DNA of 64,000 bases, from NCBI GenBank assembly GCA_951406725.2, contig OX597821.1, positions 112,220,001 through 112,284,000 on the forward strand, read 5' to 3'. Shown here piece after piece: positions 1-13,283 of this stretch. The notes beneath the pieces were generated by a model. It worked only from the letters and a program-made list of their open reading frames with translations. It had not been told where the DNA came from and did no database searches. This DNA is from Octopus vulgaris. Taxonomy: Eukaryota. A program made the position numbers and the translations under genes. Every line of letters begins with the position of its first letter. Positions within the stretch are counted from its first letter, which is position 1.

Positions 1-113
1 AAAATGTGAAAAGCAAAGTTGACTTCGGCAGAATTTGAACTCAGAACATGAAGACAGACAAAATACCGCTAAGCATTTCACCCAGCATGTTCACAATTCT
101 GCTAGCTTGCTGC
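1..113 (-). mobile_element. tRNA-derived SINE, Meta-domain-type family, partial
   Basis: Reverse complement of ...gagttcaaattc(c/t)gccgaagtcaactttgcttttcac..., shared with the intact copy at 59492. Confidence 0.75.
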
Positions 114-825
114 CACAGATGATGATAATTAGTAATAATTAATGTTCAGTTTCTAAAAACGTTTTAAAACGACCAAGTAAAATGATAGCAACAATTAAGA
201 GGAAAGAGGTGTTACGGATAACGAAAATCAATTTGAAGTAGTGAATACATTTAAAAGCAATTGAAAGTGTTTTGGGCATAACTTTTACAACAAACGAGGA
301 AAGCAGGAAGGAATTTAACAGTTCCTCTTCTAACTCCAAGAGGTTTATGGCCTTTCTTTATATTTTTAAATAGTATGCAATACATGGAGGTCAAGTGGTA
401 TTGTATACAAAGGTCAAGAGTGACTTAATTACTTTCTATGAGTGAGGCTCTCATGTGTGCAGCAGCCTACTTCATATACATAAAAGAGCCCCCAGTCTCA
501 GCAATCAGACTTTCGCTTTCTTACAATAGCTTGCGTGCGTTACTTGTCAAATGATGGGTAACTTCGGAAGGGTACTCCGGAAGGGTACTTTTACCACCAT
601 GGGTAGCAGCAGGAAATACTGCACACACAAACACACACACAACAACAAAATCCACCCCAGGATTTGCTTATTCTTTTTAAACCTAGTACTTATTCTATTG
701 GTCTCTTTTGCCAAACTTTAAAGCATATATATATACGAGGGTGAGTCAAAAAGTAATGCCATTTTGTTTAGGACAGGTATAATTACCAACACAGGAACAT
801 GAATCATGCATCAAAATGAAGCTTA

Positions 826-1062
826 TTATGAGTTTATTGTTTTTCCATTTGGCAAGAAATCAACCAGGCACCTTGAGCATCCCAAAAGACAGTCGCCATG
901 ATTTTTCCAGCTGACTTTTGCGTCTTGAACTTTTTCGGTTGTGGTGATGTAGAGTGGCGCCATTCCATAGACTGCCTCTTTGATTCTGGTTCATAATGAT
1001 GAACCCATGTTTCATCACCTGTTATGAGCCTTCGAAAGAAGTTGTTGTCTCTTTGACTTTGT
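826..1062 (-). pseudogene. Mariner transposase catalytic-domain fragment
   Basis: Translates RRLITGDETWVHHYEPESKRQSMEWRHSTSPQPKKFKTQKSAGKIMATVFWDAQG, then after a frameshift VDFLPNGKTINS. TGDETW and VFWD are mariner hallmarks. Confidence 0.92.
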
Positions 1063-1064
1063 AG

Positions 1065-1176
1065 TGAAGAAGTGGTTCAAAGGACAGTCAACAGAATTTT
1101 ACGGGGCAGGAATACATGCTCTCATTTGAAGGTGGAACGCTGCTATTGAGAGAAACAGTGACTATGTTGTGAAGTA
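1065..1176 (+). pseudogene. Mariner transposase C-terminal fragment (opposite strand to the catalytic fragment)
   Basis: Translates VKKWFKGQSTEFYGAGIHALI*RWNAAIERNSDYVVK*, matching the mariner C-terminus (W..Q..EFY..GI..L..RW...I...GDYVE). Confidence 0.85.
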
Positions 1177-1409
1177 GGGGTGTGATCCACGGAGGACCAG
1201 CTTCATTAAGATGTATGATACATGTTCCTGTGTTGGTAATTATACCTGTCCTAAACAAAATGGCATTACTTTTTGACTCACACTCGTGTATATTGTGTGA
1301 GTCCTTGTCTTGATATCATGAAGTTGTAAATAAGTGTCCAATTGCTGATCTTCGCTCTTTAACCTCTCCCGCCATACCATTCCCTTCCTATTGTAGCCCC
1401 CACTTGGTC

Positions 1410-1900
1410 ATAGAGATTCAAGTCTTACAAGTTACTTGATGACCGCCCTAGTGTTGGTACCATGAGAAAGGGATCCGGTAGATGCTGCAAAGTGGTTGAT
1501 GTCAAAAAGAACATCCAGCCACAGAAACCAATCCACAACTGACATTGCAGCACAATGCTGTCTTTGGATCCGGTTGGATTCTGACAAATCGTCGAACCCA
1601 TTTCAGCAAAGGAGTAGGGATGCTGAATGAAAACCTGGAAAGATCAGAACATGAGGAAATATTACTTTGATTGCTTGTGTGACATGAAAAGCACCTGCAG
1701 GATGCCACATAAAAGCAACCATGCTGGTACCACCTGTATAGGATGGTACCAATGCTAGTTCCATGTAGTTGGTGTTAGAAAGAAACCATGCCAAAACAGA
1801 CAATTGGAACCTGATAAAGCTTTCTGGTTTACAAGCTCCAGTCAAACCATCCAACAACCCATGCCAGCATGGGAAACAGGCGTTAACCGAGGATGACGGA
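1410..1900 (+). mobile_element. Two degenerate RTE-tailed SINE/LINE 3' fragments
   Basis: Motifs related to ggttggc.ttaggaagggcatccagc.gtagaaacc and gtcaaaccatccaacccatgccagcatgg, shared with copies at 6492, 21338, 27440 and 29025. Confidence 0.6.
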
Positions 1901-2550
1901 AACTAGTGAGGTTTAATGACAGTAAAAGCATCCAGCTGTTGGAAGTTTGTTTTAACAAACTACTCCACCTGAGCCATGCAAGCATGAGAGATTGAACATT
2001 AAAACTACAATGGCAATGATACATGCAGACACACACACACACACACACACCATCCAATAATTCACAGGAACAAAGATTGTATCAGGTGACAAAAGACTAC
2101 AGCAAATGAAGATACGCTCAAATATACAAGATACGTCCAGCTCACAGCAGCATGAAATAACAAACATAAATTGATAGCGTATTTATAAACACACACGTGT
2201 GTATATATATATATATATATACATACATATATATACACATACACACATATATATTTACATACATGTAATCATTTAATAGTCAGCCGAAGCCATTAGGCCC
2301 AAACATTAAGTTTTCCACTGGTAATGACAACAGGTTTCTTCAGTCAGGTATGATGGAATGGAAAACACTGACAATAAATAAAAGACTTTCTGTTAGATGT
2401 GAATGTTTTGCAATCCCACAGTAACTGACAGAAGAGAGGTGTTTGCACATGGAAAATTAGAGCTTCAGCCAAATGACTTCAGCTGACAGAATCATTTATA
2501 CTCAGGCGCTGTGTACATTTTCTCTCATTTGTTATCACTAGAGCACCTGC

Positions 2551-2601
<51 letters not shown>

Positions 2602-2699
2602 AAAGTAATCAGGATGTTATGGATACTGCTACCACAAACAAAGAGCGTTCTGTATGCGAAGATTTATTACAGGAATTAGACTATACACACATATTCATT

Positions 2700-2938
2700 T
2701 ATTCGTTAATTTGTTTCAGTCATGTGACTGTGGTCATACTGGTGCACCACCTTTAGCCTAGTACCTTATATATATGACAGGCTTCTTTCAGTTTCCGTCT
2801 ACCAAATCTACTTACAAGGCTTTGGTTATCCCGGGGCTATGGTAGAAGACACTTGCCAAAGGTACCATACAGTGGGACTGAACCCAGAACCATGTGGTTG
2901 GGAAGCAGGCTTCTTACCACACAGCCACTCCTGTGCCT
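2700..2938 (-). mobile_element. CORE-type tRNA SINE (family 1), internally deleted
   Basis: Reverse-complement match to the head (ggagtggctgtgtggtaag...gggttcagtcccac) and tail of the 58177 copy. Confidence 0.8.
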
Positions 2939-3159
2939 ATATATATATATATATACACACATACACACACATCCACAGACATGCACCTACATCCATACAT
3001 CTACATATATGTACACACACACACACACACATATACTCATACATTATTGACACGTCAGTCTATTTCTGTTCAACATCAGAAACTAGAATTTTAAGCACCT
3101 TTATACATGTGTGTGTATTGTGCATACGTCCATGTGTGAATATAAGATTTCCTCAACGT

Positions 3160-3790
3160 ACCTACTGCATATATTTCACAATCTATTGTCTCTTTTGCAT
3201 GTATTTCACAGCCCTCTGTTCTTCCGGCATATTTCAAAGCCCATTATCTCTTTGCACATATGTTACATTTCATTGTCTTTGATGCACATATTCCACAGCC
3301 TATTGTCCTTTGTGCATATATTTCATGGCACATTTTTCTCTGCTACATATATCTCACAGTCAGTCCACTTACCTTGCCACACTTACTTCACAGCCCATTG
3401 TCCTTGCTGCATATATTTCACAGCCCACTATCCCCATGGCATATATTCCACAGTCCACTACTATCCAAATGACATATACTTTATGGCCCACTATCCCTGT
3501 GGCATATATTTCACAGCCCAATATCCCTGAAGCATATATTTCACAGCCCCAATATCTCTGTGGCTTATATTTCACAGCACACTATCCCAAGGGCATATAT
3601 TTCACAACCCAATATCCCTTTCACAGCCCCAATATCCCTGTGGCTTATATTTCACAGCACTCAATCCCAAGGGCATATATTTCACAACCCAATATCCCAG
3701 TGGCATATATTTCACAGCCTACTATCTCTGTGGCTTATATTTCATGGCCAATTATTCCTTTGGCATATATTACACAACCCTACAGCATAT
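3160..3790. repeat. 30-bp minisatellite, about 20 units, consensus gcatatatttcacagcccaatatccctgtg
   Basis: The core gcatatatttcacagccc recurs at about 30-bp spacing. A unit length divisible by 3 explains the AYISQP-repeat ORFs. Confidence 0.9.
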
Positions 3791-4139
3791 ATTTAAGTTT
3801 TGTTACTTTAGTGTAATGTAAAAGAAATTTCAAATCTGAATAAGAGAAATTATAGTGAAAAAGAACTTAAAATAAATACAAATATCTTAGCAGTGGTGGT
3901 GGTTATGGCTGGACTATTTAGAGTTTCACAAACAGGAAGTCAATCTCAGTGGTAAACTAGATTAATAGTTAGATGTAGTTGAAAATAATTAAAATGGAAA
4001 CTAATTACTTAGAATCTGTTAAACTAATTGCAAGTATAACTGAACATTGGTTAATTAAAGTAACAAGATAGGGGCACAGCTCCTCTTCAGCACCAGACCG
4101 AAGAGGAGAAATGAATACTCACATTACACACACACACGC

Positions 4140-4172
<33 letters not shown>

Positions 4173-4430
4173 CCCATGCTAGCATGGAAAACGGACGCTA
4201 AACGATGATGATGATGATGATATATATATATCCTACATGTATATATTACATGTGCATACATACACAAGTATATACACACACATACACATATATATATTAC
4301 ATCATGCCAGCATGGAAGGCGGACGATGATATGTATATATATATATATATATACACACCCACGCAAATTACATATACACACACATATATATATTATACAT
4401 TACATATATACTACATACATATGCATACTC

Positions 4431-4489
<59 letters not shown>

Positions 4490-5228
4490 AGCAAGATAGA
4501 GGATTGGTTACAGGCATCATAGTTAAGGCATTTAAATTACGACTGTAATTACAGTAAGCTATATACTTATACACCCAATATCAGTTAGTTCAGTACAACT
4601 ATGTAAATAAATATATTTTTTGGGGAAAAAAGAGAAAAATTTGAAATCTATAAATCAAAAAGCTTATGGTAGGAATAAAAAAAACCAAAAAAAACTGGAA
4701 GACACCCCTCTCCCGCCCCGCCACCAAATTTTGTTTCGGTTTTTGAATCTGCTGCCCAAAGCTTAGTCTCCATCATTTGTAATACGAGCGGCAGGAAATC
4801 TTAAAACCGATCAGAAACTGTTTTGACAACTTCATCGCAGAAAACAACTAGCACCAACCTTGATAACAAGAAATGGTAAAAATGTAAGCAAGATAAGGAA
4901 GCAGCTATATAATCCAAGAAGTTTTTTTTTTTTCCCTCTTGAAGTTATTTTGGTGCGAAGTGATATGACCGTGAAGCGTTTGTACTTGAGGAAATGAGTA
5001 CGAAATACATACACACACACACACACGGCACCCCACCACCTCTCTCTTCTCTAGAATAACACATGACATGTCGCATTGCACATGAGATTATGCTGTGGAC
5101 ATTTAATCTCTCTATATTACTTTGTTGCTGTTTTTTTTTTCGCTTGCAGTCGCCTCGTCATATATAATGCAAAGTAGCTATGTATCTTCTCTACAAGAAG
5201 ACACCTGTGCCTGCCCCTCTATCATAAA

Positions 5229-5626
5229 CTAGCAGTATCGCCCGGCGTTGCTCAGGTTTGTTTCGACCCTTTAGAATTGGAATCTTTGAAAAGTAAAAAT
5301 TTTGCATTATGTAGCTTTCCCTTTAAGTGAACATTTTTCTGGTTGAAATACACCAAAAAATGGTAACACAGCAGTCAAAAAATCCTAAAAAATAGGGATT
5401 TTCATAGAAAAAAAAAAAGCCCCTTTTTGATGTAAATAATTTTTGGTGTTAACATGGTCCGATTTGAATTTTTTTCTTCTACGGAATGAAGAGCAAGCCT
5501 TCTTCTATCATACTCTCAATTTTGGTCAACTTACACTGCAGGGTCTCGGAGGGGATGGTGTTAGATGAAGGCTACCAAACCTACCATACACAGACAACTT
5601 CAGCTTTATATATATATATAGAGAGA
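5229..5626 (-). mobile_element. Non-autonomous Helitron
   Basis: On the minus strand it begins A|TC(tctctatatatata...aagctgaag) and ends with the hairpin cc(t)gagcaacgccggg followed by CTAG|T. It sits between A and T with no TSD. Confidence 0.8.
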
Positions 5627-5789
5627 TTTTTAACCTCACAATACTTGGCAAAAAGCCATTTCTCCCTCTCTCTCTTTCTCTACCCCCTGCTCTCCATTCA
5701 GCTGAGGCGACTTTTTTTTTTATCTTGAAAGTTAGGTGCCAGCCTCATTAGTGCCAACCATTCTGTATGTTTCCACGATACAAACTTCC

Positions 5790-6000
5790 TGTTTTAAAGT
5801 AATCTTAAACTAAAACCTTCCATCAAAATTTCAACTTTATTTAGTTTCTAAACACCAGCGTAATTAATCATGACAAAATTATTTTACTAAATTCTTCGTT
5901 ATTTCAAAAAATTAATTGCAAAATGGCAGAGTGTCTTAACAGAAATATGGAAACAAAGGGATTAACGTGATCTAAATTAAAAACCTTCAATCAAAATTTG
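5790..6000. mobile_element. Degenerate piggyBac-like MITE remnants (same family as 20209-20425)
   Basis: Shares taaaaccttccatcaaa...ttattttactaaattct...aattaattg...aacagaaatatgg. Further remnants lie at about 6387-6490, 6825-6960, 7295-7490 and 54760-55150. Confidence 0.6.
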
Positions 6001-6002
6001 AT

Positions 6003-6387
6003 ACTCTTTTACTCTTTTACTTGTTTCAGTCATTTGACTGCGGCCATGTTGGAGCACCGCCTTTAGTCGAGCAAATCGACCCCGGGACTTATTCTTTGTA
6101 AGCCCAGTACTTATTCTATCGGTCTCTTTTGCTGAACCGCTAAGTGATGGGGACATAAACACACCAGCATCGGTTGTCAAGCAATGTTGGGGGACAAACA
6201 CAGACACACATATATATATATATATACATATATACGACAGGCTTCTTTCAGTTTCCGTCTACCAAATCCACTCACAAGGCATTGGTCGGCCCGGGGCTAT
6301 AGCAGAAGACACTTGCCCAAGATGCCACGCAGTGGGACTGAACCCGCAACCATGTGGTTGGTTAGCAAGCTACTTACCACACAGCCA
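6003..6387 (-). mobile_element. CORE-type tRNA SINE (family 1), near full length
   Basis: Near-identical reverse complement of 58177-58594, including the internal (AT)n and the gagtaaaa tail. Confidence 0.9.
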
Positions 6388-6491
6388 AATTTATGTTCTA
6401 AACACCAGTTTAATAACGACAAAGATATTTCACCAAATTCTTCATTAGCTTCAAAATTAATTGCAATAACAAGACTGTATTTCAACAGAGA

Positions 6492-6820
6492 TCATCATCA
6501 TCATCATCATCATTTACCATCCGCTTTCCATGGGTTGGACGATTTGACTGAGGGCTGGCGAACCAGATGGCTGCACCAGGCTTCAATCTTGATCTGGCAG
6601 TTTCTACAGCTGGATGCCCTTCCTAGCGCCAACCATTCTGAGAGTGTAGTGGGTGCTTTTACGTGCCACTGAAATGAAGGCCTGTCAGGCAGCACTGGCA
6701 ACGACCTTGCTCAAATCCTTTTACACATGCCACCAGCACAGGTGCCAGGAAGGCAACGTTGGTAACGATCATGCTCGAATGGTGCTCTTGGCACCCTACT
6801 AGCACGGGCACATGCCAATA
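6492..6820 (-). mobile_element. RTE-tailed SINE/LINE 3' fragment with (GAT)n tail
   Basis: (cat)n tail followed by ...tttctacagctggatgcccttcctagcgccaacc... and internal gtgccacc repeats; same family as 29025-29420. Confidence 0.75.
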
Positions 6821-6979
6821 AAGTGTTAAAGAAGTGATCTAAATTAAAATCTTTTGCATGAAAATTCCATGTTAATTTATGTTCCAAACACTAGATTAAT
6901 AAAGACAAAGTTATGTTACTAAATCCTTTATTATTTTCGATATTAGTTGAAACAAAAGCAGTATATATATATATATACA

Positions 6980-7064
6980 ATATTTACACTTGATGTTCAG
7001 GTCACTGCTTGGAATTGAACTTGGAATCTTGGGGTTAATAGCCCACGCTCTTAACCACTACACC

Positions 7065-7101
<37 letters not shown>

Positions 7102-7295
7102 TAATAATAACATTGAAAAATACATTAGGAATGAGAACCCAGGTTCGAAATTCACCCAGGATACCTGATGAAGGCTGGAGGGTATAACAGATGAAAATAT
7201 TGCGTTAACAACAAACAAGATGAGGACAAATATCCGTCAAATGTAAATAATGTAAATAATGTAGATAATTCCTCATCTCTTAGATATAGAACTGC
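6980..7295 (+). mobile_element. tRNA-head/(AAT)n/hammerhead element (family A), degenerate ribozyme, head inverted
   Basis: Inverted tRNA-like head at 7001-7066, then (AAT)n, body ttaggaatgagaacccaggttcgaaa, hammerhead-like motif 7161-7205 and a (tgtaaataa)n tail. Confidence 0.75.
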
Positions 7296-8624
7296 AAAAG
7301 CAGCGTATTTTAATAGAAATATGGTAACAAAAGAATTAAAGTGATCTAAATATGAAAATTCCTTCTTGATTTATGTTCCAAACGCCGGATGAATGATGAT
7401 AAAGTTATTTAATTAAATGGAATATTATCAAAATTAACTGAAACAAAGACAGTTTATCTTAACAGAAATATGGTTAACAGAAGTATTTAACAGGGTACCT
7501 GAATGACAGGGTACATAATGTGTGCCCTGTACATTGTGTTGACATTAGGAAAGACATCCACTCATAGAAATAATCCTTTCACAAGGCCTGAAATTTCAAG
7601 GGAGGGGAACAAATCAATTACATCGACCCCCAATGTTTGGCTGGTATTCGTCTTACCAACCCTGAAAGGACGAATGACGAAATCGACATTGGTGGAATTT
7701 GAACTGAGAACGTAGCAACAGGCGAAATACCGCTAAGCATTTTGTCCAGCATGCTAACAATTCTACCAGTTCACTGCCCTTCTAGTCATAGAAATAATAC
7801 TAAAGGCGACAAGGGAGCTTGTCGCAGCCCTTTGGTTTGTCAGAACCGTCAGACAATCCAGCCGATGACAGCATGGAAAGACAAACATTAAATTATGATG
7901 ATGATGAGCTTGTTGAAAATGGTTTGTAGCAACAAGTCTGTAGAGACAAGAATGAAGGAAGGAAAAGGCAGCAGACGGTTTAGAAATGAGAAACAACACT
8001 GGACTATCATTGTTATCTCTTTTAGATTAATTCCATAAGCTGTCATATTGATCAGAGATATTCACAGACAAAAATTCTTCAGACAGATCAAGGTAATTGT
8101 CATTTACTTATTCACAGACAATAAACATAACAAAACCAGTTCCTACAGTTGGCATCAGGCCACGAATTTTGAGGATTTGTGCGAGTGTGTGTGTGTATAT
8201 GTACACATAAACATAGATATAGAGAGACAGACAGACAGATAGAGAGAATCAGAGAGAGTAAGAGAGAGATACAAGCATGTCTGTGTGGTTTCAGGTTCAG
8301 TCCCTCTGTATGGTACCATGGGCAAATGTCTTCTATTATGACCCCAGGCTGATCAAGGATTTGTGACTGGAATCAACATATAGGCACAGAAGTGGCTGTG
8401 TGGTAAATAGCTTGCTTACCAACCACATGGTTGTGGGTTCAGTCCCACTGCATGGCATCTTGGGGAAGTGGCTTTTACTACAGCCCCAGGCTGACCAAAG
8501 TCTTTCTTGAAACGAAGAAAGACAAAGGGGACCGTGGCAAAATTTGAATTAAAATGTAAATATGGATGAAATGTCGTTAAGTATTTTAGCCAGTCAGCAA
8601 CCACAGCCAGCCCACTACCAAATA

Positions 8625-9650
8625 ATCCTTTCTACTATAGGCACAAGGCCTGGGTTATGTGGAAAGGGGAGCAGTTGATCACATCGACCCCCAGTACTCA
8701 ACTGGTACTTGACCTCATTGGAATTTGAACTCAGAACATAGCAGCAGACGAAATACCGCTAAGCATTTTGTCCGGCGTGCTAACGATCCTGCCAGCTCCC
8801 TGCCTCATGATGATAATGATGGTGATGATAAAGATAACACTGGTTTCAAATTTTGCCACAAGGCCGGCAATTTAGGGGGGAGAGGATTAATCGATTACAT
8901 TGATCTCGGTGTTTAACTGGTACTTAATTTATCAACCTCGAAAGGATGTAAAGCAAAGTCGACCTCAGCAGAATCTGAACATGGGTGAAATATGGCTAAG
9001 CATTTCATCCAGCATGCTAATGATTCTTTTCTACTCTAGGTACAAGGTCTAAAATTCGTGGGGAGGGGCCCAGTTGATTAGATCCACTCCAGTATGCAAC
9101 TGGTACTTAATCTATCAACCCAGAAAGGATGAAAGGCAAAGTCAACCTCAGCGGAATTTGAACTCAGAAACGTAACGACAGACGAAATACATATTTCTTT
9201 ACTACCCACAATGGACCAAACACAGAGAGGACAAACAAGGACAGACAAACGGATTAAGTCGATTATATCGACCCCCAGTGCGTAACTGGTACTTATTTAA
9301 TCGACCCCGAAAGGATGAAAGGCAAAGTCGACCTCGGTGGAATTTGAACTCAGAACGTAGTGGCAGATGAGATACTGCTAAGCATTTCGCCCAGCGTGCT
9401 AACGTTTCTGCCAGCTCACCACCTTAGCTTGCTACCAAATAATAATACTAATAATAATTATGGTTTCAAAAATTTGGCACAAGTCCAGCAATTTTGGGGC
9501 AAGTGGGTACACTGATTACATTGTCCCCAGTAGGACGAAAGGCAAAGTCTTCCTTGACTTAGAACTCAGAATGTAAAGAACTGGAAAAAAAACATGCTGC
9601 CAAGCATTTTATCCAACAAACTAACAATTCTGGCAGCTCACCATCTTAAT
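8625..9650 (-). mobile_element. Cluster of about five head-to-tail or nested Meta-domain-type SINEs
   Basis: Repeated actggtactta.tttatcgacccc.aaaggatgaaaggcaaagtcgacctc.gcggaatttgaactcagaac blocks. The best-preserved copy is at about 9190-9425. Confidence 0.85.
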
Positions 9651-9833
9651 GATGACGATGATGACGGTGATAATGACAATGTTAGTTCTCTTATAATTAT
9701 AAGCACGTATAAAACAGACAGTTGCTCATAACTGTCTGCACTTATTTGCCATCAAGAATCTAACTCAACGGTAATGTATCCATCGAACACAATTGTCCCT
9801 GTTGCCACGAACACCTCCACCGCCATTGTCATC

Positions 9834-9864
<31 letters not shown>

Positions 9865-11275
9865 CCATCACAGATTTGGCATATTCTTTCATTCATAGTA
9901 TCATTGTCTTCTCATTCAGATTTTCACTTAGGATGCTGTTTATAAAGATCTCAGAATGAAATATTCGCAGAAAAGATGAATAACAACAGGTGCAGGTAAA
10001 GGCTGTGTGGTTAGAAACTTACTTCCCAACCACATGGTTCAGGGTTCAGTCCCACTGCATGGCACCTTAGGCTGAGTGTCTTTTACTATATAGCCTCAAG
10101 CCAAACAAAGCCTTTTGATTGGATTTGATTTGGTAGAAGGAAACTAAAAAGAAGCCCATCATAAATATGCACTTATGTTAGCAGGCACAAGCACTTACAC
10201 ATGTATGTAAATGACGGAAACCTCCAAGTGCCAAATTCAACCACAAGGCTTCAGTCGGCCTTGGGCTATAACAGAAGACACTTACTTGCCCAAGGTGCTA
10301 TACAGTGAGACCAAACGTGATACCATGTGGCTGCAAAGCAAACATCCTAACCACACATCCATATATATATATATATACATATACTGTTGTATCTGGAACA
10401 CAACCTCACATAAAGAATCTTGCAAACCAAATCCAAAAACGAAATACACACACACACACATGTATATATACACATATATGTATACACACATAATATATAA
10501 CTGTGTGTGTGTTTGAGATTGTCCTCCACCACAACTGATGTTGGTGTGTTTACTTCCCTGTAACTTAGCAGTTCAGCAAAAGAGGCCAATAAAATAAGTA
10601 TCATATCTGTTAATGCAACACCTTTAACAACAACAATAATAATAATAATTAAAAATTTTGACACAAGCGCAGCAATTTCAGGGGAGTGGGTAAGTCAATT
10701 ACATTGACTCCCAGTACACAACTGGTACTTGTCTTATTGACCCCGAAAGAATGAAAGGCAAAGACAAACCTGTGCAGGATTTGGACTCAGAACATAAAAA
10801 AATTGAAAGAACTGCAGCTAAGCATTTTATCTAATGAACTGTTTTTGCAAGCTTTTATAATAATAATTTCCTGTATAACATAGCAGCACATGGAACTGCA
10901 GTCAGCTAATCTTGAAACACGCGACATGTCAAGTGTTGTAATAACCTTGTTTACATTCATTTTGAAGGAAATAAGGAACTCTCTGATATAAAAGGGAGGA
11001 AAACTAATCTCTTCTTTTAATCATTTATTTCTGTTCTGCACTGGATTCATTACAAGAACAGGCTTTTGACTTGGACCATTTGTAACAGACTGTGAAGAGT
11101 TAATTCCTATATATACAAAGTTGAGTAAGCGAAACTACTTTTCCTTAATGAATCTGAGTCAGTTAATTATGAAATGAGGAACCAATCTTTTAAAATTCCT
11201 CCTTTTCTCCTCTTCCTTTCATAACAAAAGTTGAGTGAAAGTACAAGAATTTATATGGAAGAATTTAGAAATAAC

Positions 11276-11310
<35 letters not shown>

Positions 11311-12318
11311 TAACAATAATAATAATAAATAAATAAATAAATAAGAGTGTTCAGAATTACACATATAAAATTTCAAAAAGATTATATTGGTAATTACTAA
11401 TAAAGTTAATGCTACTTTATTTATTAATAATAGGTCGTTTCGAAATCTAGATATTAGAACAGCTAAGATTTGCGAACAGTCTATTTAATTTACCAGTCGC
11501 TCCCGACCCCATATCTTGGCTTCTCATAAAAAGAACCAATTCTTAAAATTATTCCCCAAGTTAAAAGCTTCGTTCATAATTTGCTTCCTAATCCGTTTCA
11601 CTTAAGATACACTGCAAGGATGACTAACATCACTTTATTAATATATATGTATTAAGCGCTTCTATCTGGGTTTTGAGGAAGAAAAGCTAACTCTCTAAAA
11701 ATTGGTTTGAATTACTACCTAGAAACCATGAAATATCACGCTGTTTTTCTAATTTCTTTCTAACAGTTAAAAAGCCAGGATGTAATGAACAAATGTGAAA
11801 TTAATAAAAGTGAATTCATATACTGAAATTAAATTTAAAAATATAATAAAATATGACAAAGCTATTTTGAATTGAATCGAGGCATTTTCTGTGTTTCTGA
11901 AAAGGTCATAACTGTGTAGGCATGTGTATGTGAAGGGGATGGGTGCAAAGATCTGTGTGTGTGTGTGTGAATGATGGAACGGTATGAGAGATAAGTGCTG
12001 TGCAAGCATCTCTGTGAATTTGGTGAAGTCAAACTATGCAAGAATGGCAAACTTTGTGTCATTATTTTGGAATATAATTACTTTTGTTTTAGTGAGAATA
12101 ATTGACTTTAGTAATTACGGAAGAATTGAGGCAATGTGAAGTTTTGCCAATGAATACAATGGAAGGACATATTCTTGGCAATTTGCTAAATGCCATAGTG
12201 AATTTTGGACGACTGACCATTAAATGAGCATATGCCGTAAGACATAAAGGTGAGCATCCAGTGGAGTTGGAAAAATAGAATATTTCAGTGACAAGATAAT
12301 GACTTTCACAAAGATGAC

Positions 12319-12373
<55 letters not shown>

Positions 12374-12394
12374 TGATGGTGATGATGCTGATGA

Positions 12395-12790
12395 TAGTTT
12401 CAAATTTTGGCACAAGGCCAGCAATTTCGGCGATAGTGGGGATAAGTGGATTACATCAACCCCAGTGTTCAACTGGTACTTATTTTATAGATCCCGTAAA
12501 GATGAAAGGCAGAGTCGACCTCTGCAGAATTTGAACTTAGAACGTCAGGACGGACAAAATGCCGCTAAACATTTTGCCTGGTATGCTAACGGTTCTGCCA
12601 GCTTGCCGCCTTAATAATAATAATAATAATAAATAATCCTTTCTATTAAAGGAACAAGGCCTGGAACTTGGTGGGAAGGGGGCTAGTCAAATACATCGAT
12701 CCCTGTCTTTCACCGGTAAATTCACTGACCCAGAAAACATGAAAAGCAAAGCTGACCTCAGCAGAATTTGAACTCAGAGCGTAAAGATTG
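12395..12790 (-). mobile_element. Two tandem Meta-domain-type SINEs
   Basis: Same core as the 8.6-9.6 kb cluster, with an (AAT)n run between the two copies. Confidence 0.8.
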
Positions 12791-13084
12791 ATAAGATGTT
12801 GTAAAGCTAATCTCAGCAGACAAAATACTGTGAAGCTAATCTTCACTACCACCAGGCACTGACAGCTTGGGTACCTTTAGCAAATTCCACTGCTTGGCAG
12901 GCAAGGCCAGCTCCCTAATTTACAAAATCCTTTCTCTCTTCCCCCACAGGCTGCTTTAAATGGTGATAGGCATTTCTTTCTCCTCTCAATAAAAGGTGCA
13001 ACCCCTCACCAAAAAAAGAATATGATTTAAGGGACATTTGGCTGTTCTTTCAAGCAGATCATGTGATCAATAAATGTTCCTATA

Positions 13085-13244
13085 GGCATAGAAGTGGCTG
13101 TGTGGTAAGTAGCTTGCTTACCAACCACATGGTTCCGGGTTCAGTCCCACTGCGTGGTAGCTTGGTTAAGTGTCTTCTACTATGGCCTCGGGCTGCCCAA
13201 AGCCTGTGAGTGGATTTGGTAGATGGAAACTGAAAGAAGACCAT

Positions 13245-13283
<39 letters not shown>

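Larger units (their letters stand above)
736..1286. mobile_element. Internally deleted and rearranged mariner (Tc1/mariner) DNA transposon
   Basis: About 88-bp terminal inverted repeats starting cgagggtgagtcaaaaagtaatgcc (736) and ending ggcattactttttgactcacactcg (1286), with TA on the left flank. Transposase relics lie inside. Confidence 0.92.

Noticed and set aside
3160-3790. Regularly spaced repeat superficially like a CRISPR array
   Set aside because: The inter-core sequences are homologous to each other rather than unique spacers; the context is eukaryotic and there are no cas genes.
3310-3816. ORF with AYISQP repeats resembling a structural protein
   Set aside because: It is the product of a 30-bp minisatellite open in several frames; frame is not preserved across units and there are no splice signals.
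12090-12230. Short + strand open frame ITEELRQCEVLPMNTMEGHILGNLLNAIVNFGRLTIK after acceptor-like sites
   Set aside because: No recognisable family, and the length is within chance expectation.
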